Below are positions 1 through 10,499 of a stretch of 64,000 nt of DNA, one piece after another (position 1 is the stretch's first letter; each line of letters starts with the position of its first letter). The stretch lies in the IMG/VR virus record IMGVR_UViG_3300008113_006701; one strand, given 5' to 3'. This DNA is from an uncultured virus (IMG/VR IMGVR_UViG_3300008113_006701) (lineage: Duplodnaviria > Heunggongvirae > Uroviricota > Caudoviricetes). A program made the position numbers and the translations under genes. Under the pieces are notes generated by a model. The model was not told the origin of the DNA and made no database searches. It saw only the letters and a program-made list of their open reading frames with translations.

Positions 1-1
1 A

Positions 2-3000
2 GGAATAGTTATAGGTGAGGAAAATATTCAGTATACTAAAAAGGGAACTTGCCCTACATCTATAGTTACGCAAGACGTTGCATATTTTTATAAAAATGGA
101 TACCTTGTAAGAAGTCCTATACAAAAAATAGTTCCGGATAAAAGTACATCATATCCTTCAAAATTAATTTCATTATTAATATCGGAGCAAATAATTACAA
201 GTGCGGACGATGAATCTTTATTAGATCCTGCGGTAGGTAGTGCTAATTATTTTGCTCCGGGCGGAGATAGATTACAAATAAATTTAAATCTTGCAAGTTT
301 TGATTTAAATGCAAGCGATAAAGCCGATACAACTGAAGATCATATTCCTTTAGTCAAATTTAATAAAGGAGAAGTAGAATTTGTAACTGAAATAGTAACA
401 GATGGAGTACTGCAAACTCAATTAGCTGACCGAACATACGACGAATCCGGAAACTATGTAGTTAATGAATTTGTAATAACTACCGGCTCAACTTTAGATA
501 CAGATCCCAATTTAATTTTTAATATTTCTGCAGGTAAAGCATATATTGGAGGATATCCAGTAACATCGGTTGGGTCCACCGAATTATCTATTCCAAAACC
601 AACAACAACAGAAACAAAAACTGGATTTAATATAACCACTTCTCAAGGTAATTATATTAGAATTAAAGATTTAAAGGGAGCAATACCTAGCGGAGAATCT
701 ATAACTCAAGGCGAATTGTTTTTAGAATTACATAATGTAACCAATCCAACTGCTGCAAATTCTGCAAATACAAGAGTAGGTATATTAGCTGCAAAAGGAT
801 TAGAGTACGATAGTGCTTTGGGAGCTAATTCTGACGCTCAATATAGATTATTTTATCATTATTATTCTACAATAAAAGAAGCGCCCGCTACATGGGAAGC
901 TTGGTCTGCTAAATATAATATTCCTGTATTAGAAGGACAGTACATAGCAAATGTATTATATCAGAATATAGGTGGTACTCCTAATGTACAATTAGGAAAT
1001 TATGGTGCAAGTAAAGCAAATACATATGCATTGTTTAGAGAACCCGGAGTTGAGGAAGTAGTATATTGGTGGCAACAATATACAGGACCTGCAGCTCGCA
1101 ACATAGAAACAGTAAAACAAAATTTTGCGTTATCTATATTAAGTAATCCAACTAGTACCGATTATACAAGATTATTATCAAATACAAAATCATTCTTTAG
1201 AGTGGATAATGGCAGTCCTTTTAGTGATGGCTTGTTAAATGTTAAAAAGATAAAAAGTATTGTAGGTGTTTCAAATGAATTAACATCTCATGCTGTTTCA
1301 GAAACGTATACCGCTCCTTGGTTTTATGCAAACGTATCGGCTCAGGGAATGTCAAGTACCGGCGATTTACTCGTATTAGATCCTCGATCTGCAGATACTT
1401 TAGTATTTCCAATTTCTAAAAGTTATATAAAATCTTTAACTAATCTAAAAACCACATACAATAGAGTTATTAGAAATGCAGTAGTTACAGCAGGAACATA
1501 TACTAAAAGATTAACTTATCCCGAAACTTTTGCATTAGGAGATGGTTCCGTAGTTGCAAGTACTGCTAGAACAAATTTTATTGTTGTAGTAAAAACAGGG
1601 GCAACTTCATTAGTTCCATTGGGTGCATTTAATTTTGAAAGAGGATCCGTAACAATTTCCGGCGAATCATCTACTGCTATTATAAATTTAGGAGATCCTA
1701 CTTTTACAGGGTTAGTTGATATTTTATATGTTGTAGAATCAGATAGTTTACCATTTAGAACAAAAAATTTATTCACAGATCAATCTAAAGTTATAGATGT
1801 AGTAAATGCAGAGTATAACTATAGTTTAGGTATTGCGGATATAGATGTTACTGGAATATACAAACTAACAGATTATACAAAATTTAAAGGAGCTTGGTCT
1901 ACAGCAACTACATATGATTATAATCAATTTGTATTAAAAGATGGAAATTTATATAGAGCAAATGTTCCGTCATCTAATGTAGCAGTCACATATTCAAACG
2001 CATGGGTATCAGTTGCAAGTTATCCTTTACAATCTTTTGTTATATCTGACGGGCAAAAAGATGGTTGGTATGACCATGGGTATATAAAATATATTGGAGC
2101 GACCACAGCTATTCCTGGTAATGTTTTAGTTACTTATAACTACTTTACTCATACTGGAGATGGCCCTTGTACTGTAAATTCTTATCCTAGTTCTTATTAT
2201 AGAAACATAGGAGTTTATAAATCTAAAACAGACGGAAGATCATACAATTTAAGAGATTGTTTAGATTTTAGACCAAGAAGAGTTGATAATAGCCCGTATC
2301 TAAATTTTGATACTGCAGTTTTTCCAACATCCGCAGTAAACACAGAAGCAGATGTGACATATTATGTTGGACGAGTAGATAGAATATATGTTTCTAGAGC
2401 ATCAAAGAATTTTGATAATCCATATAATAATTTTTACTATGAGCCAGGTATAGAAACAACTGGAATTTCAGACGATCCAAATAAATCTGCAGTTGAAGAT
2501 CAATTAGATAAAACTAGATTGGCTATTGCAAAATTGATAATTCCTCCATATCCTAGAAATGCTACAGACGTAGTAATTCAATATGAAGATAATAAACGAT
2601 ATACTATGAAGGATATAGGAAAACTAGAAAAAACTACAATAAGATTAGATAAGGCAATTAAATTACATAGTGTAGAAATACAAGGGTTAAAAGCAACTAT
2701 TACTAATGATAATGGAGATGCATTATTAAAAACAGGCGTATTAGTTGAAAATTTTAATGATTTTAGTAAATCTGATTTTACCGATCCATATTTTAATTGT
2801 GCATTAAATACAAAAGCTGGCGAATGTTATCCCCTATTTGGTGCATATGATGCTCCTCTTAAAGTAGTTTCTGCATCAAATTATAATATTGCTAGAGATA
2901 TTATTACTGCAAAGTATGAAGAAGAAGTATATGCATCTCAACTTGAAGGAAATAGTGTAGTTAATCCAAATCCTGGAGCAGTTAATGACGGAAGAGGAAG

Positions 3001-3610
3001 AGCAGATTTATCATCCCACAACTCATTAAAAGTTAATTTGTTACAAACAGGATTAGTTTTATTAATGAATTACATGGCATTTGCTGGAGCGGTTGCAGTA
3101 TATAAGGCGGCAGTTGCAGGAGCATATGCATCGCAATATGGATCAATTTGGGGGTTGGCAAAAGCAGCAGCTTCTGATTTTTATGGAGGGGCAGTAGGTG
3201 CCGTACAAACTATAGGAAGTTATGCAACAACCGCATATAATGCAATTGTAGGTACTACTGCGGGAACAGCTGCATCAATTCTTCCTGGACCCAGCGCCGC
3301 CGCGTATTTAGATGCGGGAGGAGCTGGATTATTTGCATCGTCAATTACTGTACCTACGGGTTATGCACTTGTATCCGGATCAGCAACTGTAGCATTTTCA
3401 GTTGCTACGAGTTCTTATATGCTTACTTCGGCTGTAATAGAGACTGCAGGCATAGCAGCATTTGATGCTAGCGTTGGATTAACTGCTGGTGCTGCTGCCA
3501 CCGGGTCAAGTAGTCTATTTTCGTCGATTGCTGCCGACCCAACAGGAACTGCGCTATTAGTTGTTGCAGCAGTAGTTGTTGCAGATCAAATTTTAATATT
3601 AATAAGATAG
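2..3610 (+). CDS. Large virion structural protein, DUF4815/VrlC-like, N-terminal part (5'-truncated by the window edge)
   Basis: The frame of ORF 716..3610 reads open from position 2 (DESLLDPAVGSANYFAPGGDRLQI); also contains LRDCLDFRPRR and NKRYTMKDIGKLEK, motifs of this T4-like family; ends in a hydrophobic tail. Confidence 0.75.
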   Translation, partial: GIVIGEENIQYTKKGTCPTSIVTQDVAYFYKNGYLVRSPIQKIVPDKSTSYPSKLISLLISEQIITSADDESLLDPAVGSANYFAPGGDRLQINLNLASFDLNASDKADTTEDHIPLVKFNKGEVEFVTEIVTDGVLQTQLADRTYDESGNYVVNEFVITTGSTLDTDPNLIFNISAGKAYIGGYPVTSVGSTELSIPKPTTTETKTGFNITTSQGNYIRIKDLKGAIPSGESITQGELFLELHNVTNPTAANSANTRVGILAAKGLEYDSALGANSDAQYRLFYHYYSTIKEAPATWEAWSAKYNIPVLEGQYIANVLYQNIGGTPNVQLGNYGASKANTYALFREPGVEEVVYWWQQYTGPAARNIETVKQNFALSILSNPTSTDYTRLLSNTKSFFRVDNGSPFSDGLLNVKKIKSIVGVSNELTSHAVSETYTAPWFYANVSAQGMSSTGDLLVLDPRSADTLVFPISKSYIKSLTNLKTTYNRVIRNAVVTAGTYTKRLTYPETFALGDGSVVASTARTNFIVVVKTGATSLVPLGAFNFERGSVTISGESSTAIINLGDPTFTGLVDILYVVESDSLPFRTKNLFTDQSKVIDVVNAEYNYSLGIADIDVTGIYKLTDYTKFKGAWSTATTYDYNQFVLKDGNLYRANVPSSNVAVTYSNAWVSVASYPLQSFVISDGQKDGWYDHGYIKYIGATTAIPGNVLVTYNYFTHTGDGPCTVNSYPSSYYRNIGVYKSKTDGRSYNLRDCLDFRPRRVDNSPYLNFDTAVFPTSAVNTEADVTYYVGRVDRIYVSRASKNFDNPYNNFYYEPGIETTGISDDPNKSAVEDQLDKTRLAIAKLIIPPYPRNATDVVIQYEDNKRYTMKDIGKLEKTTIRLDKAIKLHSVEIQGLKATITNDNGDALLKTGVLVENFNDFSKSDFTDPYFNCALNTKAGECYPLFGAYDAPLKVVSASNYNIARDIITAKYEEEVYASQLEGNSVVNPNPGAVNDGRGRADLSSHNSLKVNLLQTGLVLLMNYMAFAGAVAVYKAAVAGAYASQYGSIWGLAKAAASDFYGGAVGAVQTIGSYATTAYNAIVGTTAGTAASILPGPSAAAYLDAGGAGLFASSITVPTGYALVSGSATVAFSVATSSYMLTSAVIETAGIAAFDASVGLTAGAAATGSSSLFSSIAADPTGTALLVVAAVVVADQILILIR

Positions 3611-3623
3611 CAGGAATTTAAAA

Positions 3624-5351
3624 ATGGCAACAAATATAAACAGTTTAAATATACAAGATGCAACAGCAGCAGGCACTGCTGTATATGCCGGCGCACAATT
3701 AGTTGGATTTGGTATTGCAGAAATGCCACCTAATACAAAAATATATGTATATTGTAATGGTGTAAATATTACTTCTTTTTGTGCACCTAATACATCTGGT
3801 TCAAAAATAGGAGATACTATAACAACCAATTCTGCAGGTACAGCAGCCGGATGGTTGTATATTCCTAGTGATGACGGAGATTATAAATTTTTAATAGGAG
3901 AAATTTTATTAACATTCTCTGATAGCGCAGATGGTGTAGAAAAATCTAAATATATTTCAGAAACTATATTATATAATCATGGATACAACCTTGTAGACAC
4001 TGAACAGGGTGGTACTATTTCTTTGAGACAAACTATAAAGTTTAGAACAGATCCTGTAGGTTCTTCTGCCGAAGCAAATAAAACATTATCAAGATTAGAT
4101 CCTCTAGCACAAACTTTTATTGTTGATGGGGTAAAATATCCATATGGAATATATTTAACAGGAATAAATCTTTTTGTATATTCTAAAGATGAAACTTTAC
4201 CAATAGGTGTAGAATTAAGACCAGTAACTGCAGGCAAACCATCAACAACAGAATACTTATCGGGTAGTTATGTACTACGAGCACCAAATGAAGTTAATAC
4301 TTATGACAATGTAGCAAAAAATTGTTTGCCTACTCCTTTTACTTTTAATCATCCAATTTATTTACGCCCGGGCGAATATGCGTTTTGTGTGTTAACAAAG
4401 TCCGACAAATATCTATTATTGTCTGCAAAATCCGGAGATGGAAAAATAGTTAAACAACCATTTGCCGGACGTTTGTTTAAAGCGCAAAATACTGGAGATT
4501 GGGTAGGCGATAGTAATGAAGATTTAGCATTCCTCTTAAGAAAAGCTGCATTTACTACAGGCACCGTAACCATTGAAGCAAAAACACTGCCTATTACAAA
4601 TGGGGTAACTTATAATAGATTAAGACTATTATCTACTGCTGTAAATTTTGGCGATGTTGGTTCTGCAACGTATAAAGCATCAACAACATTAGCCGGTTCT
4701 AGAACTAAATCCGATTTCAAAGAAATAACACCTGGAGTAAATTTTGATTTAAACGGAAGACAAATTTTAACTGAAGAAGGCGATTTGACAATACAACTGG
4801 AACTTACTACAAAATCAAAAGATATATCCCCAATGTTGGATCAACAATTACTTGCAGCTCAAGTATTTAGAACTAATATTACAGAATATTCCGAAGCAAT
4901 TTCTGTTAGCGAATTGAAACCGAATCATGGTACCGCTACTTGCAGATATTTAAGTAAAGTTGTAGAATTGGCAGATGGATTTGATTCTACGGGGTTGGAA
5001 GTTAAAGTAAATGTTAACAGAAAAACTGGTACAGATATAGATGTATTTTGTAGAACATTATCAAGAAATGATACATCTGTTTCTAATGGTATATTTGATA
5101 GATACTGGAAAAAAATGCCTTTAGTATATCCTGTATCTAAAACTTTTGCAGGAACATCGGACACATTTTCTCAAGAAACTTACAGAATACTTGAACCAAA
5201 TCTAGAATATACTGCAAATGCGGGACCTAATACTAATATAACTGCAAATTTTGAAGATTTTGCATACTATCAAGTTAAGGTGGTAATGTATTCTAGTGAT
5301 CCTATAAATGTACCTAGATTAAAAAGCTTATCTGCGACATCGTTAATATAA
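3624..5351 (+). CDS. Structural protein matching the C-terminal half of DUF4815/VrlC-like proteins
   Basis: MPPNTKIYVY, DPLAQTF, F-x-F-x-x-PIYL-x-PGEYAF, EDLAF and VPRLKSL motifs; own AGGA RBS. Confidence 0.7.
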   Translation: MATNINSLNIQDATAAGTAVYAGAQLVGFGIAEMPPNTKIYVYCNGVNITSFCAPNTSGSKIGDTITTNSAGTAAGWLYIPSDDGDYKFLIGEILLTFSDSADGVEKSKYISETILYNHGYNLVDTEQGGTISLRQTIKFRTDPVGSSAEANKTLSRLDPLAQTFIVDGVKYPYGIYLTGINLFVYSKDETLPIGVELRPVTAGKPSTTEYLSGSYVLRAPNEVNTYDNVAKNCLPTPFTFNHPIYLRPGEYAFCVLTKSDKYLLLSAKSGDGKIVKQPFAGRLFKAQNTGDWVGDSNEDLAFLLRKAAFTTGTVTIEAKTLPITNGVTYNRLRLLSTAVNFGDVGSATYKASTTLAGSRTKSDFKEITPGVNFDLNGRQILTEEGDLTIQLELTTKSKDISPMLDQQLLAAQVFRTNITEYSEAISVSELKPNHGTATCRYLSKVVELADGFDSTGLEVKVNVNRKTGTDIDVFCRTLSRNDTSVSNGIFDRYWKKMPLVYPVSKTFAGTSDTFSQETYRILEPNLEYTANAGPNTNITANFEDFAYYQVKVVMYSSDPINVPRLKSLSATSLI

Positions 5352-5554
5352 TGAAAGAATATTTACCTATAGAAAACGAATCTGGATATGTAAAAGATCC
5401 TTATTCTTCTGCTATCTTGTATAATGATTTATCTGGTCTTGCTGAAGTTAAACAAAAGAGAAAACAGACACGACAAATTTCAACCATGCAAGAGGAAATA
5501 AATATGTTGAAAGAAGAAATTATAAAAATTAAATCTCAACTTAACTTAAGTTAA
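5351..5554 (+). CDS. Small coiled-coil hypothetical protein, typically found after VrlC-like genes
   Basis: KDPYSSAIL plus C-terminal coiled coil; TAATG coupling. Confidence 0.6.
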   Translation: MKEYLPIENESGYVKDPYSSAILYNDLSGLAEVKQKRKQTRQISTMQEEINMLKEEIIKIKSQLNLS

Positions 5555-5556
5555 CC

Positions 5557-7182
5557 ATGGCAACATCCAAAAATTTATCAAATATTAATATAGGTACTTC
5601 TCCCAATAGTGGAGATGGAGATCTATTACGAGACGCATTTATTAAAGTTAATTCTAATTTTAATGATACTTATAATAATGGACAATTTGTAGGATATGGT
5701 CAAGACCAAAAATTAATACCTGGTTATACATGGGATGGTGATAAAGATACTGGTATGTATCATGCATCATCGGGAGCTATTGGATTTTCTTTAAATGGTT
5801 TAGAATCATTATTATTGAACAATGATGGTACTATTAAATGGTTCAATAAACAATTAGCAACACAAGATTATGTTACTGCACAATTAACTTCTTTTACTGG
5901 AGGAATAAGTGGTGCAAATATTTCCGTGTCAACAGGATCGGGAAATGTTAGTGTAACTGTTAATGGTGTTCCTGTAGTATCTTCATTGCCAACAACAGGA
6001 AATTATCAAGGACGTATTGTATTTAATAATGGAGATGTTTGGATATATTCAAATTATCCTGCAGGAAACGGAACAGGATTACCTGCAGATTCTAGTATAG
6101 CAAGAGCTGCGGGTTCAGATTCAAGATGGGTTAGATTCAGAGGAGACCAAGCAGTATCAATTGGTTTGGTTCGTCCCCCAATTGCTGCAGAAGGAACTAC
6201 ATTCTACGAAACAGCAAATGCAAAAATATACATGTATTTGTCTGGTTCTTGGAAAACATTATCAAGTTTAATTACTTCAAGTTCCCCATCAGGATTAGAA
6301 GTATTAGTTTCATTGCCATCAGTAGGCGATGCTGGTAATTATTCTGGCAGAACAGTTATTGTAGGTTCTATTGCTTATATTTTTATAAGTGGTGCTTGGC
6401 AAACATTAAGCACATACGTAGGGTCAAATGCTGCAGTAGGCGGAGGAATTTCGTCAGGTATATTATTACCACCTACTGCAAATGTCGGCGAATTGTTTAG
6501 ATTAACAATTGCATCGGGCGTATCTTTACCCGACTTATACATATACGATGGAGGTAATTGGCAAACTTTACCTCAATATACTGCAAATACGGGAACTGCA
6601 AGTATAAAAACACTTACAGGATTGCCTTTAGATGTTAGATATTATAATGCTGGCGATTTAATTATAGTAGGTGGGAAAACTTATATTTTAAATACTGCAA
6701 AAACAAGTTGGGATTTATTCACACCCGGCGCAAATACTACAGTAACAAATATAGTATTAAATGCAGGGCAAGTAGGTACAACCCAATTAGCAAACGCATC
6801 AATTACAAATATTAAATTAATAGCAAACAGTATTACATCTGATAAATTAGTAAACAATACTATTACAACTAGAGAATTATCTGATGGATCAGTAACAGAT
6901 GCTAAGTTAGCAGCAAATAGTATTACTTCAGCAAAAATACAATCCGGAATAATAACCGGAAGAGAAATTGCAGGCAATTCTATTCCAGGTAATAGAATAC
7001 AACTAGGAAGTATTACTTCAGATTTATTAGCTCCAGGGGCAATTGCAATTAGCAGAATAAATGCTAATACATTATCTGAACTATCTCAAAATGCAGGTAC
7101 ATTGACTTCGGGGGTATTAAAATCTTCTGACGGCAAAATGATGATAGATTTAAATAATAAGTTTATAAGAATTGAACTATAA
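5557..7182 (+). CDS. Tail fibre/baseplate protein with gp9/gp10-like N-terminus and 10-aa repeats
   Basis: INIGTSPNSGDGDLLRDAFIKVNSNF attachment motif; C-terminal (N/G)SITxxK(L/I)xx repeats. Confidence 0.7.
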   Translation: MATSKNLSNINIGTSPNSGDGDLLRDAFIKVNSNFNDTYNNGQFVGYGQDQKLIPGYTWDGDKDTGMYHASSGAIGFSLNGLESLLLNNDGTIKWFNKQLATQDYVTAQLTSFTGGISGANISVSTGSGNVSVTVNGVPVVSSLPTTGNYQGRIVFNNGDVWIYSNYPAGNGTGLPADSSIARAAGSDSRWVRFRGDQAVSIGLVRPPIAAEGTTFYETANAKIYMYLSGSWKTLSSLITSSSPSGLEVLVSLPSVGDAGNYSGRTVIVGSIAYIFISGAWQTLSTYVGSNAAVGGGISSGILLPPTANVGELFRLTIASGVSLPDLYIYDGGNWQTLPQYTANTGTASIKTLTGLPLDVRYYNAGDLIIVGGKTYILNTAKTSWDLFTPGANTTVTNIVLNAGQVGTTQLANASITNIKLIANSITSDKLVNNTITTRELSDGSVTDAKLAANSITSAKIQSGIITGREIAGNSIPGNRIQLGSITSDLLAPGAIAISRINANTLSELSQNAGTLTSGVLKSSDGKMMIDLNNKFIRIEL

Positions 7183-7184
7183 AA

Positions 7185-7673
7185 ATGGCGACTAATGTTT
7201 TTTACGCAGGAAATCTATATAAAACATCCGGAGAGCCTGTAGTATCTATATTCAATAATCCATATACAACAGAAGATGATTCCCCGTTGTTTGAAAGACA
7301 TCGCTATATAGATAGAATTTATTTTGATTCTAGATTTGATTATTTGAATATCAATTATCAAATAGATGTCACTGTTCCTTTTCCTGCGGTATCCGCCGGA
7401 GGATCTGGAGAAACAATAACTACTATAGCTTATCACGATTTTGGATATCCTCCTGTTGCTATATTATTAGATACTGATACTCGAGAAGTTGTAACTAATG
7501 GTAGTTATATTCATATAGTAAATTTTTCATCATATCGTACTATATCTTTTTTAATGGATTCTACAAAATTTTATGTGAAACAACAATATTCTAATACATT
7601 AGATAATTTGCCTGCTATAACAAGAAGATATTCAATAATAGCCTTTAGCACTACTGCGCAAACTCCTTCTTAA
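7185..7673 (+). CDS. Putative tail-associated protein
   Basis: Tight packing after fibre gene; YFDSRFDYL and HDFGYPP motifs. Confidence 0.5.
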   Translation: MATNVFYAGNLYKTSGEPVVSIFNNPYTTEDDSPLFERHRYIDRIYFDSRFDYLNINYQIDVTVPFPAVSAGGSGETITTIAYHDFGYPPVAILLDTDTREVVTNGSYIHIVNFSSYRTISFLMDSTKFYVKQQYSNTLDNLPAITRRYSIIAFSTTAQTPS

Positions 7674-7674
7674 T

Positions 7675-8820
7675 ATGGCAAACGTATATCTATTAAATTT
7701 ATCCGATAATCAAGTAACACTAGGTAATGTTTTTGATTCTTCAAAAAGTTATATAGTAAAAGATACATTAGATTATCAATCTAGAACATTTGCTTTTACT
7801 AAAGTATTATCCTCTCCATCTTTAAGAGTATACAGAGAACCTATACGAGGGATATTATTAAATGCGTATGCCGACAGAGAAATGCGAGAACAGGTTCCTT
7901 CCGATGGTCCAGTATCAGGGCCATTTATAGAAAATTATTCATACACTGGAGAATTAAGAACTGATACATTTGTTAATTTATTATTAATAGATAAACCTCC
8001 TGTAAGAACAGGATTTTTTAAGTTTAGTATCGGAACAGTTTCTTTTACTGGTATAGTAAGACAAAGGATTCCGTATGTACATTATGATTGGGAAAGAAAT
8101 GGTTCTAAATACGAGTATATTAGAAAATCAGATGATTTGGGATATGCCATAGAGATAAGTAAAAATTTATTATATACTGCTGTAACTAATACCAATGGTA
8201 CTACTTATACTCCTACAAATTTGAATTTCTTTTTAAAAAATCTAAACGGCGGAGAAGAAATAACATCTTTTGCCACTACAGATAATCCGAATTCATATTT
8301 ACAAAGTATACCTGGAGCAAATGCGAAAATATCTGGAGCATTGCCTGAAAGTATATTTTATATCTCTCCTGAATATGCATTAAGATATATTGCAAGTTAT
8401 CCAGATTTAATTGCATCTTATGGAACAAATTATGCACTAGGGCAATCTCATTATGCAAGGTATGGTGCGGTTGAGGGTAGAATTATTTCTTTTGATCCTA
8501 TAGTGTATTTAAATAAGTATCAAGATTTAAGACAAACATATGGATATGATACATATAGAGCAACTATACATTATATAACAATTGGGTATTATGAGGGCAG
8601 AACATTAGATTTGTCTAGTGGATTCAACCCTCTAACTGGAGGATTATATGATGAAAGAAATTATTCTATATCATTAACAAATAAGAATATAATTTGGCCT
8701 GTAGGTAAAACATCTACGGCTAAAGGAAAACAATTTACATACAAATATGGAACAACTTCCTATTATGTAGGAGCAGCTTTAGATTTTGAAAGTAATGTCA
8801 TATATTTGAAAGTACAATAA
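7675..8820 (+). CDS. Putative tail/adhesion protein with tandem YIASYPDL-type repeats
   Basis: Two repeats Y(I/L)xxYxDL...YG...HY...G..EGR. Confidence 0.5.
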   Translation: MANVYLLNLSDNQVTLGNVFDSSKSYIVKDTLDYQSRTFAFTKVLSSPSLRVYREPIRGILLNAYADREMREQVPSDGPVSGPFIENYSYTGELRTDTFVNLLLIDKPPVRTGFFKFSIGTVSFTGIVRQRIPYVHYDWERNGSKYEYIRKSDDLGYAIEISKNLLYTAVTNTNGTTYTPTNLNFFLKNLNGGEEITSFATTDNPNSYLQSIPGANAKISGALPESIFYISPEYALRYIASYPDLIASYGTNYALGQSHYARYGAVEGRIISFDPIVYLNKYQDLRQTYGYDTYRATIHYITIGYYEGRTLDLSSGFNPLTGGLYDERNYSISLTNKNIIWPVGKTSTAKGKQFTYKYGTTSYYVGAALDFESNVIYLKVQ

Positions 8821-9320
8821 TGGGAATATCTTTAAACACATCTAATGCATTTACTATTACCGATAGTTTAGGTAATACTAAATTTTCTTTAGATTATAGA
8901 ATGCCTCATATTATTCATAATATATCAAGCACCTATATTGAGATTCCTAAAATGTTTAAGCCCGGAGTAAATTCTGATACTCAAAATATAGACAGAGTAG
9001 ATGAGATTGCGGTGCTGGCAAATACGCATATAACAAGTAATCTTCAAGATAGTATGATATTACCGTTTTTTAAAATTAGCGGAGGATATGCAGATACTAA
9101 TTCTAAAATTGTTAGCGGAACAGGATCTGTAGTTTTAAGAAGAATTGTACAAGCAACATCCAGAGAACTCTTAGGAACATCCATTCTGAATATTGTTCAA
9201 GAAAATGACCAATTAAAATTAGTATGTAATCAGCAATTAGATAGATCAGGATTTGCTAATTATAATGGAGATGATGAAATTTATATTTCATACAGAATAT
9301 ACTACGGAAGATTTAGATAA
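8820..9320 (+). CDS. Putative tail-associated protein
   Basis: Coupled ORF in structural operon; N-terminal FTITDSLGNTKFS. Confidence 0.45.
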   Translation: MGISLNTSNAFTITDSLGNTKFSLDYRMPHIIHNISSTYIEIPKMFKPGVNSDTQNIDRVDEIAVLANTHITSNLQDSMILPFFKISGGYADTNSKIVSGTGSVVLRRIVQATSRELLGTSILNIVQENDQLKLVCNQQLDRSGFANYNGDDEIYISYRIYYGRFR

Positions 9321-9321
9321 A

Positions 9322-9666
9322 ATGGCAACAATAAAAAATTTAATTATTGACCAAGGCACTACTTTTGTAGCAAATACTACCTTTGTTTCTGATAGTGGTA
9401 CTATTTTAGATTTAGCAGGTTATACAGTAACAGGTCAATTACAAAGAACATATCAATCTGCAAATGTTACTGCAAGTTTTAATACTACAATAACTAATAA
9501 TACTACGGGATCAATACAAATACAACTAGCATCAAATGTAACTGCTAATATATCTGCAGGTAGATATGTATATGGAATATTTGGAAAAAATGGAGATTTT
9601 ACTATAAAGATAAATGAAGGTATTGTTACTGTAAATCCAAGTACACTAGCAACCGGTCGGCGCTAA
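9322..9666 (+). CDS. Conserved T4-like virion protein (IDQG...GRYVY family)
   Basis: MATIKNLIIDQGTTF, AGRYVYG, EGIVTVNP; likely true start is ATG 9322 rather than 9253. Confidence 0.65.
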   Translation: MATIKNLIIDQGTTFVANTTFVSDSGTILDLAGYTVTGQLQRTYQSANVTASFNTTITNNTTGSIQIQLASNVTANISAGRYVYGIFGKNGDFTIKINEGIVTVNPSTLATGRR

Positions 9667-9668
9667 GG

Positions 9669-9676
9669 AATAAATA
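9669..9676 (+). promoter_or_regulatory. Late promoter variant AATAAATA upstream of gp13
   Basis: One mismatch to T4 late consensus TATAAATA, intergenic. Confidence 0.45.
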
Positions 9677-9692
9677 TACAAAAGGATAACAA

Positions 9693-10436
9693 ATGGCACT
9701 AATAACAACTAGAGAACAATTAAAAGATTATTGCCTAAGACGATTAGGTGCGCCTGTTATTGAAATAAATTTAGATGACGATCAAATTGAAGATCGTTTA
9801 GATGATGCTTTTCAATTCTATAGAGAATATCATTATGATGCTGTAGAAATGGTTTATCTAAAACATGAAATTACTTCAACTGATATAGCAAATCAATATA
9901 TTCCAGTGCCCGATAGTGTAGTCGGGGTAAGTAGAATGCTTCCTTTTACTAATAGATCAGATGGAACAAATATATTCAGTATCAGATATCAATTATTAAT
10001 TAATGATTTATATAGTTTAATGTCTACAAATTTGATTTATTATGCTCAGGTTAAAACAGAGTTAGAATTAATAAACCAATTACTTACAGGAATTAAACCT
10101 GTAAGATTTAATAGACATATGAATAGACTTTATATGGATATGGATTGGACAGGCGATGTGGATGTAGGTACATTCATTATTGTAGAATGTTACAGAATAT
10201 TAGATCCAGAAACATATCGAGATGTTTATAATGATATGTTCCTTAAAAAATACGCAACAGCATTGCTAAAACGTCAATGGGGTGAGAATCTTAAGAAGTT
10301 TTCAGGTATGCAATTACCTGGCGGAGTAACAATTAATGCGGATGTAATCTATCAAGATGCATTAGCTGAGATAGATAAGATTGAATCTGAAATGCAATCT
10401 AGATTCGAGTTACCTGTAGATATGTTCACGGGATAA
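9693..10436 (+). CDS. gp13: Neck protein gp13
   Basis: LKDYCLRRLGAPVIEIN, KRQWGENLKKF, LPGGVT; synteny. Confidence 0.95.
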   Translation: MALITTREQLKDYCLRRLGAPVIEINLDDDQIEDRLDDAFQFYREYHYDAVEMVYLKHEITSTDIANQYIPVPDSVVGVSRMLPFTNRSDGTNIFSIRYQLLINDLYSLMSTNLIYYAQVKTELELINQLLTGIKPVRFNRHMNRLYMDMDWTGDVDVGTFIIVECYRILDPETYRDVYNDMFLKKYATALLKRQWGENLKKFSGMQLPGGVTINADVIYQDALAEIDKIESEMQSRFELPVDMFTG

Positions 10437-10470
10437 AATTAAGTATTTAATTAACCGGGACACATAGAAG

Positions 10471-10499
10471 ATGATAACACCGAGTCAATAGGAAGTCAA
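10471..10499 (-). promoter_or_regulatory. Antisense sigma70-type promoter between gp13 and gp14
   Basis: Minus strand TTGACT-17 bp-TATCAT with extended -10 TG. Confidence 0.55.
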
